Below, piece after piece: positions 27,809 to 38,598 of a stretch of DNA of 44,377 nt. Both the position numbers and the translations under genes were made by a program. This DNA comes from Eubacteriales bacterium (GTDB lineage: Bacteria; Bacillota; Clostridia; Oscillospirales; CAG-272): contig JAZRFD010000097.1 in the NCBI GenBank assembly GCA_045661185.1, positions 1-44,377 on the forward strand, read 5' to 3'. The notes under the pieces were generated by a model. It made no database searches, was not told the origin of the DNA, and saw nothing but the letters and a program-made list of their open reading frames with translations. The first letter of the stretch is position 1, and each line of letters opens with the position of its first letter.

Positions 27809-29389
27809 TTAGTTGGAAGGCGTGGGAGAGGAAATGACCTCAACGTAGATCACGGCACAGAGGAAATAAGAATTGCTTTTCTTGGCACCGTCATCGGGAT
27901 CATACGCCGCGCGGCCCCTGATAACCAATATATGCGAGGTGTTCTCAGAAAAGTCAACGGAAAGGGAAAGATTCAACGCGCCGTCGCGGGAGCACGGTGT
28001 CCATTCTCCGACCTGGTCCCATTGATATTCGAGCTGTAAGACCCCGTAGGAATGAGAAAAATTGCCCGCGAGCGCGAGTGTTCCGCCCGCCGCGATCGTT
28101 TGTGTCAGATAGAGCGCTTGATTGTAGTCCGATGCTTGTAAGGGGGCGGTCAAGGTGGCATCGTAGCGATATTTGTCGGTGGCTTTCGCCAGATAGGAGC
28201 AGGTGCCGTGTGCCGGGTCGGTGGCGGTTTCGGTAGGCATGCCGGAGTAGACAGGAATCAAAAAGGTGCAGGCGGAATCCAGCGCACCGATTGAAGCAAA
28301 CGCGGTGTAAAGCGTGCGCCCTTCGGTCAAAGCACCGCCCACATTTTGCATATACTGACCCCAGAAATTACGGTCGGAGCGGCTGTCAACGTTGAATTTT
28401 TGCAAATAAACCGTATTTTGATAGCAATCTATGTAAGAGGACTTGATCGAATACGCGCCACCGTAGATGGACTTCCAAACTGTGTCCCATTCCGCAGATC
28501 CCCATTTCGCGTTCATCGCTCCCGTTCCGTTTTGCGCGCGATTCATCGCGTTATAGTAGATCGAAAACAGCCCGTTTCCATAGGCTCCAATATTGAAAAT
28601 ATTGTACAACCCATTCAAGCCGAGCAGCTCGGATGAGGTGTGTCCGGAGGAAGGTGCGAGAACGGCGTTTCCGGAGGAGGATTGCGTTTTATTTTGATAA
28701 TAGGTGTTCAGAAGCGTCCCGCATTGACCGCTGATGACGGGAGAGGAGCCGTTTCTGCCTTGCTCCTGTCGCGCCTTGACGGCAAGATAAACGGGGGAGA
28801 TTGAAAACGTACGCCCAACCTCCAAAAAGTACTCGGCATAGGTTTTTCCGTTTTCCAAAACGGCATTTTCCATAAAGGTGGATTCCAGGACGGACTCGAC
28901 GGCTTCTATGGAAGCGTCGCGCGTCACGGAAAGATCATAAAATTGAAAAATGTCGGCTTCGTTCAAAAAATTCCGCGGATCCATAAAGTATTTCACGGCT
29001 TCAATGGATGCCGGATAATGTCCCGCGTCAAACACGTTGGTATAGAAGGGATGGCGGTAGGGCTCAAAGGATTCATCGGAGGCGATCAAATTGTTGTCGA
29101 TCTCCTTCGTTTCCTGCGCGATCACATAGCTCCACGAGTAGAGCGGGTAGGATTTGGAAACCGTTAAGGGAACAAATTCCCACGTGGGATGCAAGAGATG
29201 AAGCTCGGTTAATGCCGCGGCATAATCCTCGGGAAAGCCTTTGGCGCAAAGGGATTCATAATAGGCCTCTGCCTCTCCCTTAAAATAGCGCTCGTTTTCC
29301 TTGACATGAAAGACGACGGCACCAACCAACACACAGGTTAAAAGCACGCAAACCGTGCGCAAAAGGCCTTTTATGAGTCTGTTTTTCAT
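27809..29389 (-). CDS. Secreted/anchored glucosaminidase-like (GH73/LytD-type) peptidoglycan hydrolase
   Basis: N-terminal hydrophobic anchor; YFMDPRNFL..IFQF, ISPVYLA...RQEQG, YNIFNIGA, QNTVYLQKFNV, QYMQN. Confidence 0.72.
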   Translation of the reverse strand: MKNRLIKGLLRTVCVLLTCVLVGAVVFHVKENERYFKGEAEAYYESLCAKGFPEDYAAALTELHLLHPTWEFVPLTVSKSYPLYSWSYVIAQETKEIDNNLIASDESFEPYRHPFYTNVFDAGHYPASIEAVKYFMDPRNFLNEADIFQFYDLSVTRDASIEAVESVLESTFMENAVLENGKTYAEYFLEVGRTFSISPVYLAVKARQEQGRNGSSPVISGQCGTLLNTYYQNKTQSSSGNAVLAPSSGHTSSELLGLNGLYNIFNIGAYGNGLFSIYYNAMNRAQNGTGAMNAKWGSAEWDTVWKSIYGGAYSIKSSYIDCYQNTVYLQKFNVDSRSDRNFWGQYMQNVGGALTEGRTLYTAFASIGALDSACTFLIPVYSGMPTETATDPAHGTCSYLAKATDKYRYDATLTAPLQASDYNQALYLTQTIAAGGTLALAGNFSHSYGVLQLEYQWDQVGEWTPCSRDGALNLSLSVDFSENTSHILVIRGRAAYDPDDGAKKSNSYFLCAVIYVEVISSPTPSN

Positions 29390-29481
29390 GTCTGCCTCCT
29401 ATCTTTGTTATTCTAATTTATATTATAACATATAAAAGGGTGTTTTGGGGAAGATTTACATAAAAAAAGAAATTTTTTAAT

Positions 29482-29528
29482 AAAAAAAGGGGCTGATTCA
29501 TTCAGATACGTTAAATGAATCAGTCCCT
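29482..29528 (-). terminator. Intrinsic terminator of the clpC operon
   Basis: GGGCTGATTCATT / AATGAATCAGTCCC inverted repeat, followed on the minus strand by a T-tract. Confidence 0.75.
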
Positions 29529-29534
29529 AAAGAA

Positions 29535-31994
29535 TCATTCTTTTGTAAAGATCACAGCACCGTCCTTGACGTCTGCCGAGATGCGGTCGCCATACCGGAT
29601 TTTGCCCTCCAGCATTTGCGCGGAAAAGGGATCCTCCACAAGGCGAACGACCGCACGACGCAACGGACGCGCGCCGTAGGTTTCATCAAAGCCCTCGGTA
29701 GCAAGGTGAGCGGCTACAGCAGGCGTTACGGTCAGGGTAATACCGATGTCGGCAATACGCTTTTGAAGGTCCGCGAGCATCAATGTGGCGATCTGCTCAA
29801 TGTTCTCGCGTGTCAGACTGTTGAAAACGATGATGTCATCAATTCGGTTGAGAAACTCGGGGCGGAAGGTGCCGCGCAATGCCTGCATCATACGGCTCTC
29901 GCGTGCCGCGCGGTCGGTCTTGTCAAAGCCCTCTGCAGTAAAGCCGAGCGACTTGGTAGCGGCAAGCTCAGCGGCACCCACATTGGAGGTCAGGATCAGG
30001 ATCGTATTGCGGAAATCCACGTGTCTGCCTTGCGAGTCGGTCAAGACACCGTCCTCCAAGACCTGCAAGAGAATATTGAACACGTCTGGATGCGCTTTTT
30101 CGATCTCATCAAACAAGATCACCGAGTAGGGCTTGCGACGGATCTTTTCGGTCAACTGTCCGCCCTCCTCAAATCCCACGTAGCCGGGAGGGGAGCCGAT
30201 CAGCTTGGAAACGCTGTGCTTTTCCATATATTCCGACATATCCAAGCGGATCATCGCGTTCGCGTCTCCGAACATGATCTGCGCCAGTGCCTTTGCGAGC
30301 TCGGTTTTACCAATGCCCGTCGGTCCCATGAAAATGAAGGAGCCAACAGGGCGTCTGGGATCCTTCAGCCCTGTTCTTCCGCGACGGATCGCCTTTGCGA
30401 TCGCCTCTACAGCGGCATCCTGACCGATCACACGTTCCTTGAGCAGCTCGTCAAGATGCAATAGCTTTTCTCCTTCTTCCTCAAGCAAACGGTTGACTGG
30501 GATTCCCGTCCATTGCGTGACCACGTCGGCAACGTCTACGTCGCGTACGACGGGGCAGTTGCCGTTTTGCTGCTGCGTCCAGTCGGATTTCTTGGCTTCA
30601 TATTCCTGCTTGAGCGTTTGTTCCTCATCGCGCAAGGTTGCGGCACGCTCAAAATCCTGCCCCTTGACCGCTTCTTCCTTTTCTTTGGCAAGCGTTTTGA
30701 GCTGCTCCTCGAGCTCTTTCAGGTCAGGCGGGGAGGTGTGTGCGCTGATGCGCAGACGCGATGCCGCCTCGTCTACAAGGTCGATTGCTTTGTCGGGAAG
30801 GAAACGGTCGGTGATATAGCGCATGGAGAGCTGAACCGCCGCCTCCAGCGCTTCATCCGAGATCTTGAGCTTGTGATGCGCCTCGTATTTATCCTTCAAT
30901 CCGCGCAGGATCGCAACCGCGTCCTCGCGCGAAGGCTCGCCCACCAAAACCGATTGAAAACGGCGCTCAAGAGCGGCATCCTTTTCAATATGCTTGCGGT
31001 ATTCCGCAATCGTCGTAGCGCCGATCACCTGCATCTCACCTCGTGCCAAGGCGGGCTTGATAATATTGGCGGCATCCACCGCACCCTCGGCGGCGCCCGC
31101 ACCGATCAAGGTGTGGATCTCGTCGATAAACAGAATGATATCGGGATTCTTGCGAACCTCCTCCATGATGTTTTTGAAGCGTTCTTCAAATTCACCGCGA
31201 TATTTTGCGCCCGCGATCATGGATGCGATATCCAGCGTGACGATGGTCTTTGAGAGCAGATTTTCGGGCACGTTGCCGGCAACGATCCGTTGTGCTAATC
31301 CCTCGACCACCGCCGTTTTGCCGACTCCGGGCTCACCAATCAGGCAAGGATTGTTTTTGGTGCGGCGGGAGAGGATCTGAATGACGCGCTCGGTTTCGTT
31401 GTCGCGCCCGATGATGGGATCGATCTTGCCGCTCGCGGCCATTTCGTTCAGATCCCTGCCATAGCTTTTCAGCGCTTGTGTGTTGGCGAGCGCCCCTTTT
31501 CCGTTGACCTCAGCGGATGAGCGGGAGGTGTTACCCGTATCGTTGTTTCCTCGACCTTGGGAGGAAGAGAGAAACGCGGAAAGATCCTGACGCAGATCCG
31601 TGACGGAAACACCGATGCTTTCCAAAATTTTAACGGCTACACAGTCGCTCTCCCCCAAGAGAGACGCCAGAAGATGCTCGGTGCCGATATAGTCCTGACC
31701 GTTTTTCTGTGCCTCCGAAAGGGAGCCCTCTATGATCTTTTTTGTGCGCGGTGTCATTTCGGTTGCCGATACGGAGGAGGGAGCACCGACTCCCGTCAGG
31801 GCGATCAGCGCATTTTTGATCTTCTCGGGGTCTGCACCGCGTGCGCTCAGGTATTGTGCGGAAACGCTTGCCCCATCGGCACAAAGACCTAAAAGCAGAT
31901 GCTCCGAGCCGATATAGGTATGTCCCAGCTCTGAGGCGGATTGGAGAGAGACGGAGAGGGCATGCTGTGCCTTTTGTGTGAATCTGTTTTGCAT
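29535..31994 (-). CDS. clpC: ATP-dependent Clp protease ATP-binding subunit ClpC
   Basis: Two N-terminal Clp repeats (GSEHLL/GTEHLL), [11 protein letters not shown] middle domain, [23 protein letters not shown]. Confidence 0.97.
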   Translation of the reverse strand: MQNRFTQKAQHALSVSLQSASELGHTYIGSEHLLLGLCADGASVSAQYLSARGADPEKIKNALIALTGVGAPSSVSATEMTPRTKKIIEGSLSEAQKNGQDYIGTEHLLASLLGESDCVAVKILESIGVSVTDLRQDLSAFLSSSQGRGNNDTGNTSRSSAEVNGKGALANTQALKSYGRDLNEMAASGKIDPIIGRDNETERVIQILSRRTKNNPCLIGEPGVGKTAVVEGLAQRIVAGNVPENLLSKTIVTLDIASMIAGAKYRGEFEERFKNIMEEVRKNPDIILFIDEIHTLIGAGAAEGAVDAANIIKPALARGEMQVIGATTIAEYRKHIEKDAALERRFQSVLVGEPSREDAVAILRGLKDKYEAHHKLKISDEALEAAVQLSMRYITDRFLPDKAIDLVDEAASRLRISAHTSPPDLKELEEQLKTLAKEKEEAVKGQDFERAATLRDEEQTLKQEYEAKKSDWTQQQNGNCPVVRDVDVADVVTQWTGIPVNRLLEEEGEKLLHLDELLKERVIGQDAAVEAIAKAIRRGRTGLKDPRRPVGSFIFMGPTGIGKTELAKALAQIMFGDANAMIRLDMSEYMEKHSVSKLIGSPPGYVGFEEGGQLTEKIRRKPYSVILFDEIEKAHPDVFNILLQVLEDGVLTDSQGRHVDFRNTILILTSNVGAAELAATKSLGFTAEGFDKTDRAARESRMMQALRGTFRPEFLNRIDDIIVFNSLTRENIEQIATLMLADLQKRIADIGITLTVTPAVAAHLATEGFDETYGARPLRRAVVRLVEDPFSAQMLEGKIRYGDRISADVKDGAVIFTKE

Positions 31995-32049
31995 GTTGGA
32001 TCAGATCCTTTCTGTTAAGATTCCGTCGATCTGCTCCCGCAGTCAACGG

Positions 32050-33066
32050 TTATTCCTTTGGATTCAATACTGCTTGGATTTTTTGCGCACGCAGCTTGTC
32101 GCGCGCGCTTTCGCTCTTGGGGGTGCTTTCCGAGGAGAGTGTCAGGGTTGCGGGCATGACCTCGACCAGGAGTGTCCCCAATTGCTCATAGGTGATATCC
32201 GATACGATGCCGAGCGAGATGCCAAAGCGAACGTCGGAAAAGAGCTTGATAAATTCGGAGGAGGTCATCATGTGCGCATATTTCAGTACACCCTCGCTCC
32301 GCTTAATGCGGTCGGTCAAGCGATCCAGCTCATCGTCCGTGATCGTAAGGCGCGCTTTTTTCTCGCTTTCTGAGATCTGATGCACAGCATCGTTGAGCTT
32401 GCGCAGGGTTTCTTCCTCGGTAATGCCGAGTGTGATCTGGTTGGAGATTTGATACATTGAGCCCGCAGATCCGCTGCCCTCGCCAAACAGACCGCGAATG
32501 GTAAGACCGATTTTTGAGAGCTGATTGGCAAGAGAATTCATGTAGCCGCCGCGCGTCAGGGCAGGGAGAAACATCATAACGGATGCTCGCATGCCCGTGC
32601 CGAGATTGGTGGGACAATGGGTAAGATAGCCCAGCTTTTCGGTGTATGCAAAATCAAAATCCTCATCAAGACGTTTTTCGGTGCGGGAAGCGTTTTTGTA
32701 GGCCTCCTCCAAGGCAAGCCCCGGAAGAATACTTTGGATCCGCAAATGATCCTCCTCGCAAACCATCACCGCGATCCCGCTCTGCTCCTGCAAAAGCAGG
32801 GCGTGCGGTGTTTCCTTGGTGGCAAATTCGGGGCTGACGTAATGGCGCTCTACGTAAGAGGTTGCCATAATAGGGGAGAGATCCGAAAAGTTGATTTTGC
32901 GAAATCCGGATGCTTCCAAGGGCGCGCTGACCTTTTCTATGATCTCGTTGGCACCGTTGGCGTCCAATCGGGAAGCAAAGGGGTATCCTCCAAGGTTTCT
33001 GGCAAGGCGTACGCGTGAGCTGATCACGGTGTCACTTGCTTGTCCGATCGTATTGTACCATGCCAT
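32050..33066 (-). CDS. mcsB: Protein arginine kinase McsB
   Basis: ISSRVRLARN, EEDHLRIQ, GYLTHCPTNLGTGMRAS, YQISNQITLG; lies between mcsA and clpC. Confidence 0.94.
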   Translation of the reverse strand: MAWYNTIGQASDTVISSRVRLARNLGGYPFASRLDANGANEIIEKVSAPLEASGFRKINFSDLSPIMATSYVERHYVSPEFATKETPHALLLQEQSGIAVMVCEEDHLRIQSILPGLALEEAYKNASRTEKRLDEDFDFAYTEKLGYLTHCPTNLGTGMRASVMMFLPALTRGGYMNSLANQLSKIGLTIRGLFGEGSGSAGSMYQISNQITLGITEEETLRKLNDAVHQISESEKKARLTITDDELDRLTDRIKRSEGVLKYAHMMTSSEFIKLFSDVRFGISLGIVSDITYEQLGTLLVEVMPATLTLSSESTPKSESARDKLRAQKIQAVLNPKE

Positions 33067-33067
33067 A

Positions 33068-33613
33068 TTATTCACCGTCCTTTCCATTTCCATCCGCTTC
33101 CAGCTTTCGGATGTCGTCGCGCAGGGTGGCTGCACGCTCGAAATCTTCCTTTGCGATCGCATCCTGCATCGCCTTTTTCAGACGCTTCAATTCCTCGGCG
33201 CGCGCCTGCTTTGCGCGGTGGCGGGAGGGAACCGCACCCATGTGCGTAGTAGTGCCGTGCACGGATTGGATCGTGCGTGCCAGCTCGTTTTCAAAGGTGG
33301 CATAGCAATCCGCACATCCCACGCGCCCGTCACGCGCAATGTCTGAATAGCTGCATCCGCAGCTCGGGCACTTTTTTTCAGCTTGTACACTTTTTAAGGT
33401 CGGCATTCCGAAAAATCCACCGAACAGATCGTCGTGCAGGTCCGCAAAGGGGTCAGCAAAGCTGCCGATCATCGAGGTGATATCCTGCAGGTCTCCTTTT
33501 TCGCGAAGCTTTGCCGCGCATTCACCGCAAAGGGAATAGGAGCGTGTTTTGCCGTTCAGATTCTCATTATAAAAAACGGTAGCGGTTCTTTTTTTACACT
33601 TTTCGCATAACAT
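33068..33613 (-). CDS. mcsA: McsB activator McsA
   Basis: Four CxxC motifs (CEKC, CGEC, CPSC, CADC) and C-terminal UVR motif [11 protein letters not shown]. Confidence 0.93.
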   Translation of the reverse strand: MLCEKCKKRTATVFYNENLNGKTRSYSLCGECAAKLREKGDLQDITSMIGSFADPFADLHDDLFGGFFGMPTLKSVQAEKKCPSCGCSYSDIARDGRVGCADCYATFENELARTIQSVHGTTTHMGAVPSRHRAKQARAEELKRLKKAMQDAIAKEDFERAATLRDDIRKLEADGNGKDGE

Positions 33614-33735
33614 AAACATCAATCCTTTCTTTTGGTCAGCAATTGTCGTGTGTGCCGACCTTTTTGTATTATTATAGAGCTTTTCATGCGCGTTTTTTGT
33701 CACAATCTCTGCAAAACGGAAAAATATGGAAATTT

Positions 33736-34191
33736 TTATCTGTCCGCCATCAAAGAGAGAATGATTTGCTTAAAAATATCCGCACGGACACTGTTTTTTG
33801 CGATCTGCGGAACGGAGGAAAGGGCCGCGCCGGACACAGCGGCATAGGCAATGGAAAACTCACCTTCACCAATACAACCGTTACCGAGCAGGTTCTTCAA
33901 ATACGCAATGGCCTCGCCCTCGTCTATTTCATCACCGATGGCGCAAAAGAAATGCATCAGGTATTCATCGCGCCCCATGTGCTTTCGAATAATGCGGATG
34001 CATCCGCCACCGCCGCGGCGCGATTCGATTACGTATCCGCGTTCGGGGGTGAAGCGTGAGGATATCACGTAGCTGATTTGGCTGGGAACGCAGCCCAAGC
34101 GATTTGCCATTTCATTTCGCTGAAGCTCAAGCGTGCCGCCGCTCTGATTCAACATTTCCTCAATCATTTGTGCAATATAATCGGCAAGCAT
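33736..34191 (-). CDS. ctsR: Heat-shock repressor CtsR
   Basis: LQRNEMA, CVPSQISYVISSRFT.ERGYVIESRRGGGG.IRI. Confidence 0.95.
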   Translation of the reverse strand: MLADYIAQMIEEMLNQSGGTLELQRNEMANRLGCVPSQISYVISSRFTPERGYVIESRRGGGGCIRIIRKHMGRDEYLMHFFCAIGDEIDEGEAIAYLKNLLGNGCIGEGEFSIAYAAVSGAALSSVPQIAKNSVRADIFKQIILSLMADR

Positions 34192-34203
34192 TTCTATGTC
34201 TCC

Positions 34204-34277
34204 TTTGACCTTCTTTGACTTTTGTGCTTTTATTGTACTCCAAAGGTCAAAGAAAGTCAAAGTCAAAGAAAGTCAAG
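34204..34277 (-). promoter_or_regulatory. ctsR promoter with three CtsR boxes
   Basis: RGTCAAA-GAA-RGTCAAA at 34204-34220 (minus), 34245-34261 and 34261-34277 (plus; last heptad AGTCAAG). Promoter TTGACT(34255-60)-17-TACAAT(34232-37). Confidence 0.88.
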
Positions 34278-34391
34278 CCGAGATGATTAAAAGCGATTAT
34301 CGGAATTTAAGAGGGTGTTTTTTTAAAAAATCTCTTTTTTTCGAACTTTTTTGATTTTAAAAAAATGATGGAGCGAGTCGCTGTACGTCGG

Positions 34392-34420
34392 TTGACAAAG
34401 CGATATTTTTGTGGTATACT
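34392..34420 (+). promoter_or_regulatory. SigA-type promoter for dxs
   Basis: TTGACA-17-TATACT with extended TG. Confidence 0.7.
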
Positions 34421-34451
34421 ATAAAAAGAATGAAGAGAAAGGAGGAAAACC

Positions 34452-36365
34452 ATGATGGAAGATCAAATCATCAAGAATGAAGAATTTCCATTGCTGTCGA
34501 CCATTCAAGACCCTGATGATCTCAAAGCGCTTTCGGCACAGCAAATGGAGCCGCTTGCCAAAGAAATCCGGCGGTTTTTGATCCACCGTGTCAGCGAAAA
34601 CGGTGGACATCTGGCATCCAACCTGGGTGTTGTGGAATTGACGTTGGCGATCCATCGCGTGTTTTCCTCGCCGCATGACCATGTTATTTTCGACGTTGGT
34701 CATCAAAGCTACGTGCACAAGCTCCTGACAGGCAGACGAGAGCAGTTTTCTACGTTGCGTCAGGGCGGCGGTATCAGTGGCTTCCCAAAAATCTCGGAAA
34801 GCGAGCACGATGCCTTTGGAACGGGGCATAGCTCCACGTCGTTGTCAGCCGCGCTTGGCTTTGCCGAGGCGGACAAGCTGAAGGGATCGGACGCGTATAC
34901 TGTTTGTGTGCTGGGGGATGGTGCTTATACGGGCGGCATGATTCACGAAGCACTTAACAACAGCCGAAAGCGGCTTCGCCTGATCATCATACTCAACGAG
35001 AACGAAATGTCGATCTCGAAAAACATCGGGCGCTTTGCAAAGAATCTTTCGCGCCTGCGTTCCTCCAAGGGATATTTGAGAACTAAAAGCGGTGTTTCCG
35101 CGGTTTTGCAAAAGATTCCGCTGATCGGAAAGCCCATTCATTCACTTTTGCTCCGCATTAAAAAAGCCTTCAAATCCGCACTTTATAGCAGTAACTATTT
35201 TGAGGATCTGGGGCTCCGCTATTTTGGGCCCGTGGACGGAAACGATCAGGAAGAGGTCGAGAACCTTTTAAAGGAAGCAAAGCGCGCAAACCAGAGCTGC
35301 ATCGTTCATTTAAAAACAAAAAAGGGAAAAGGATTCGCGCCCGCCGAGGCAACCCCTGACCGTTTTCACGGTATGGCACCTGCCGGACGAGCAAAGCCCG
35401 AGCAGACTTGCTTTTCCGAGCAATTTGGTTTTGCTTTGTCAGATATGGCAAGCCGCAACAACAAAATTTGCGCCATTACGGCGGCAATGGCGGACGGAAC
35501 AGGGCTGGTGAATTTCCGTGCCGCGTATCCCGAGCGCTTTTATGACGTGGGGATTGCAGAGGAGCATGCTGTAACCTTTGCAGCAGGCCTTGCCGCAAAC
35601 GGATATCGCCCTGTGGTTGCCATTTATTCTACCTTCTTGCAGCGCGCATACGATAATATTATTCACGACGTGGCCCTGCAAAAGCTTCCCGTTGTGTTCT
35701 GTGTGGATCGCGCGGGGCTAAACGCCTCCGACGGTGCGACGCATCACGGTATTTTTGACGTGGCGTTCCTTTCCGAGATCCCGAATCTTCGCATTTATAC
35801 CCCCATTACAAACGGTGCGCTTTATAATGCTTTGGACGAGGCGCTGCACAGCGATGTGCCGTGTGCGATCCGTTACCCGAACGGTGTTGAGGATCCCGAG
35901 ATCAAGCAAGCGTTTTACGGCGCGGCAACACCGCGCGGAATTAGCGTGCGTAATGATTATCTCCGTAAGCCAACCGATTCGCCCGAAGCGCTTGATCTTG
36001 TCTTGATTACGCACGGACGCATCGTTAAGGAAGCCATGGCGGCTCAAAAGGAGCTCGAGGCGCAAGGCCTTCGCATGGGCATTCTCCTTTTGGAACAAAT
36101 CAAGCCCTACGGCGAGGCTGCAAGCCGTGTATCGGCACTCTTGCCGCAAAAGCCGTGTAAGGTCATTTTCTTTGAGGAGGAGATCTATGCGGGCGGCATG
36201 GGAATGCTTTTGTCCGACGCACTGAAGAATTACGACGTAATGGCCAATAAAACCGTTGAGATCCTTGCCGTTAAGGATGATTTCGTGATTCAAACGCAAG
36301 CGGAGAGTATCTGGAAATCCGCGCATATTGATCGCGATGAAATTCTGCGTGTTGCGTTGAAATAA
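34452..36365 (+). CDS. dxs: 1-deoxy-D-xylulose-5-phosphate synthase
   Basis: GGHLASNLGVVELT, FDVGHQSY, GHSSTS, GDGA...N TPP motif, DVGIAEEHAV, IYSTFLQRAYD, DRAG. Confidence 0.96.
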   Translation: MMEDQIIKNEEFPLLSTIQDPDDLKALSAQQMEPLAKEIRRFLIHRVSENGGHLASNLGVVELTLAIHRVFSSPHDHVIFDVGHQSYVHKLLTGRREQFSTLRQGGGISGFPKISESEHDAFGTGHSSTSLSAALGFAEADKLKGSDAYTVCVLGDGAYTGGMIHEALNNSRKRLRLIIILNENEMSISKNIGRFAKNLSRLRSSKGYLRTKSGVSAVLQKIPLIGKPIHSLLLRIKKAFKSALYSSNYFEDLGLRYFGPVDGNDQEEVENLLKEAKRANQSCIVHLKTKKGKGFAPAEATPDRFHGMAPAGRAKPEQTCFSEQFGFALSDMASRNNKICAITAAMADGTGLVNFRAAYPERFYDVGIAEEHAVTFAAGLAANGYRPVVAIYSTFLQRAYDNIIHDVALQKLPVVFCVDRAGLNASDGATHHGIFDVAFLSEIPNLRIYTPITNGALYNALDEALHSDVPCAIRYPNGVEDPEIKQAFYGAATPRGISVRNDYLRKPTDSPEALDLVLITHGRIVKEAMAAQKELEAQGLRMGILLLEQIKPYGEAASRVSALLPQKPCKVIFFEEEIYAGGMGMLLSDALKNYDVMANKTVEILAVKDDFVIQTQAESIWKSAHIDRDEILRVALK

Positions 36366-36480
36366 TATTTGATCCAATATTTTTCTTCACAAAAAAATCA
36401 TATAAAATCCATTGACAATCCGGTGACTGTATGATACAATATTCTCGGTTATATTCAATCTTTGAAACGGAGGGAATACC

Positions 36481-37059
36481 GTGAATTTACAGTTTTGTGA
36501 CGATTATATTCCGGGAACGCGCCTCAAGCGCGGGGATACCGAGAATCTGACCGGCTTGGATTTTTTGAAAAAGGTCTTTTTTGTGAGTGATGGGGTCATG
36601 CTGACGCAGATCCGCAGAATTTCGGGCATTGACAGCTCTACCTTGCAAAACTGGACCAAACGCGGTTGGGTCACCAATGCAAAATCCAAAAAATACGATA
36701 TTGATCAGGTGGCACATATTCTGATCATCAACATGCTGCGCTCCTGCATGCAGCTGGATCATATCGCTTTTTTGATCCACTACATCAACGGTGACGTGGA
36801 GGATACAAGCGACGATATCATCCGGGACTCGATTCTGTACGATTATATTTGCCGCATCCTGATGTGCATCAATGAGCAAAACGGGTGCGCGCTGGAATCG
36901 GTCGGTGTTGTCGTAGAGGAGATTACGACGGATTACGTAGAGCCAGTGGAGGGCGCACGTGTGCGCTTGAATCGCGCGTTGGAGGTCATTGTCGTGACCT
37001 ACTATTCTGCGTTGATGAAGCAGCACGCCGCAAATCTCCTTGAGCATTTGGGCGCATAA
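36481..37059 (+). CDS. DUF1836 family putative DNA-binding protein
   Basis: LTQIRRISG...STLQNWTKRGW...KKY..QVAHILIINML MerR-like HTH pattern; own TTGACA-17-TACAAT promoter at 36412-36440. Confidence 0.75.
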   Translation: MNLQFCDDYIPGTRLKRGDTENLTGLDFLKKVFFVSDGVMLTQIRRISGIDSSTLQNWTKRGWVTNAKSKKYDIDQVAHILIINMLRSCMQLDHIAFLIHYINGDVEDTSDDIIRDSILYDYICRILMCINEQNGCALESVGVVVEEITTDYVEPVEGARVRLNRALEVIVVTYYSALMKQHAANLLEHLGA

Positions 37060-37060
37060 T

Positions 37061-37088
37061 AAAAAAAGAGGCGAAAGCCTCTTTTTTT
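37061..37088. terminator. Bidirectional intrinsic terminator
   Basis: AAAAAAAGAGGC-gaaa-GCCTCTTTTTTT between convergent genes. Confidence 0.85.
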
Positions 37089-37998
37089 ATTCTAAAACGA
37101 ACGTTTTGATCGCTTTGACGGCAAGCCCGTCATCATATTCACGCACTTCGCCAAGCGCAAAGAAGCTGCCACCTGCATTCTGCAAGCGCACACGTGTCCC
37201 AAGCGGGAGCGTGACGCCAAGCTTTTTCAAATAAATTTCGCATCCGCCGCGACAAAGCTTTTCAAAGAAAGGAGACAATCGGACAGATGGAAGCGCAGAA
37301 AACAAGGATTCGGTGGGGCGCAGACAATTGATGCGTTCCTCGGGGCACATTTCTTCAAGCTGTGCCACGGCATAGGCTTGCTCGATCGGAAAATTGCAGG
37401 TTTCCGTTCGCATCAGCGACGCCATGACACCGCCGCATCCAAGCGCGGTTCCAATATCCGCGCAGAGCGTACGAATGTACGTGCCGCCCGAGCAATGAAC
37501 GTCCAGAAGGTAATCTGTAGGGGATTCGGTAGGCTTGGCGGTAAGCTCGAAAATTTCGACCATACGTGCCTGTCGCTCCACGACCTCACCGCGACGGGCA
37601 AGATCCACCAGCTTTTGGCCGCCCACCTTTAAAGCGCTATACATGGGGGGGATCTGTGAAATCTGTCCCGTGAAGCGTGGGAGCAGGGCCTCTAAATCTT
37701 TGGCCGCAGGAATTGTGTGGGAGGTCTTTAAAACCGTGCCCGTGATGTCCTCGGTGTCGGTTTCCAGACCTAAACGAAGCGTTGCGCGGTAGCGCTTGGA
37801 ATCGCTTGCAAGATATTCACAAGCCTTGGCCGCGCGTCCGACCAGAACGACCAGAACGCCCGTTGCCATGGGGTCAAGCGTTCCCGTGTGCCCGACGCGG
37901 CGAGTGTTGTAAAGACGGCGTATCTTATTGACGATATCATGTGAGGTTACCCCCGCATGCTTGTTGACGATCAAAACGCCTGATGCTTCTTCTTGCAT
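37087..37998 (-). CDS. truB: tRNA pseudouridine(55) synthase TruB
   Basis: NKHAGVTSHD, VGHTGTLDPMATGVL, QIPPMYSALKVGG, CSGGTYIRTL. Confidence 0.96.
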   Translation of the reverse strand: MQEEASGVLIVNKHAGVTSHDIVNKIRRLYNTRRVGHTGTLDPMATGVLVVLVGRAAKACEYLASDSKRYRATLRLGLETDTEDITGTVLKTSHTIPAAKDLEALLPRFTGQISQIPPMYSALKVGGQKLVDLARRGEVVERQARMVEIFELTAKPTESPTDYLLDVHCSGGTYIRTLCADIGTALGCGGVMASLMRTETCNFPIEQAYAVAQLEEMCPEERINCLRPTESLFSALPSVRLSPFFEKLCRGGCEIYLKKLGVTLPLGTRVRLQNAGGSFFALGEVREYDDGLAVKAIKTFVLE

Positions 37999-38013
37999 GG
38001 CAAACCCTTTCTG

Positions 38014-38589
38014 TTATTTGATCAATATTTGCTCCAACGTGCGCTTTTGCACGTAATGAACACCGTTTTCGCGGTAATAGGTAACGCTTCCGTCCTCTGC
38101 GGGATCGGTCAATGCAACGCACTCATCGGGGCGCCCAAGTGCCAGGATCAGCTGCGGTGTGACAGCGTTGGGAAGACGCAAAAGTGTACGCACGTTGTCG
38201 GGCGAGAAGGAACCGATCATACATCCCCCAAAGCCGCTTTCGCATGCCGCCAGCATAATGGTCTGTGAAACGATCCCAACGTCCTTTTGAAACGTATCCG
38301 CGGTGGCGATCATGTCACGGTCACTGCAAACGACGATGTAGGCCGTGGGAGCATGTCCTTCGGGTGGAAGCTTTTGATCCTTGATCTTACCGGCCCAGCG
38401 GGTAGCCGCCAGAAGGTCGGCGCACTCCGCCGCGTCCGTTACGATGCGGAATTTCAGCATTTGAAGATTGATGCTGGAGGGGCAGTAGCGCGTACAATCC
38501 ACCCAATCCTCCAAAAGAGCTTGCGGAATTTTGACGGAGGGATCGAAGCTGCGATAGCTTCTGCTGGCTTTTAATAAATCCTTAAGCAT
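38014..38589 (-). CDS. Nitroreductase family protein
   Basis: RSYRSF, PSSINLQ, DVGIVSQTIMLAA..GFGGCMIG, LALGRP. Confidence 0.88.
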   Translation of the reverse strand: MLKDLLKASRSYRSFDPSVKIPQALLEDWVDCTRYCPSSINLQMLKFRIVTDAAECADLLAATRWAGKIKDQKLPPEGHAPTAYIVVCSDRDMIATADTFQKDVGIVSQTIMLAACESGFGGCMIGSFSPDNVRTLLRLPNAVTPQLILALGRPDECVALTDPAEDGSVTYYRENGVHYVQKRTLEQILIK

Positions 38590-38598
38590 ATGTCCTCC

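Noticed and set aside
32740-32770. McsB CEED instead of NEED
   Set aside because: The acidic residues and CPTNLG are intact, so this is probably a tolerated clade variant.
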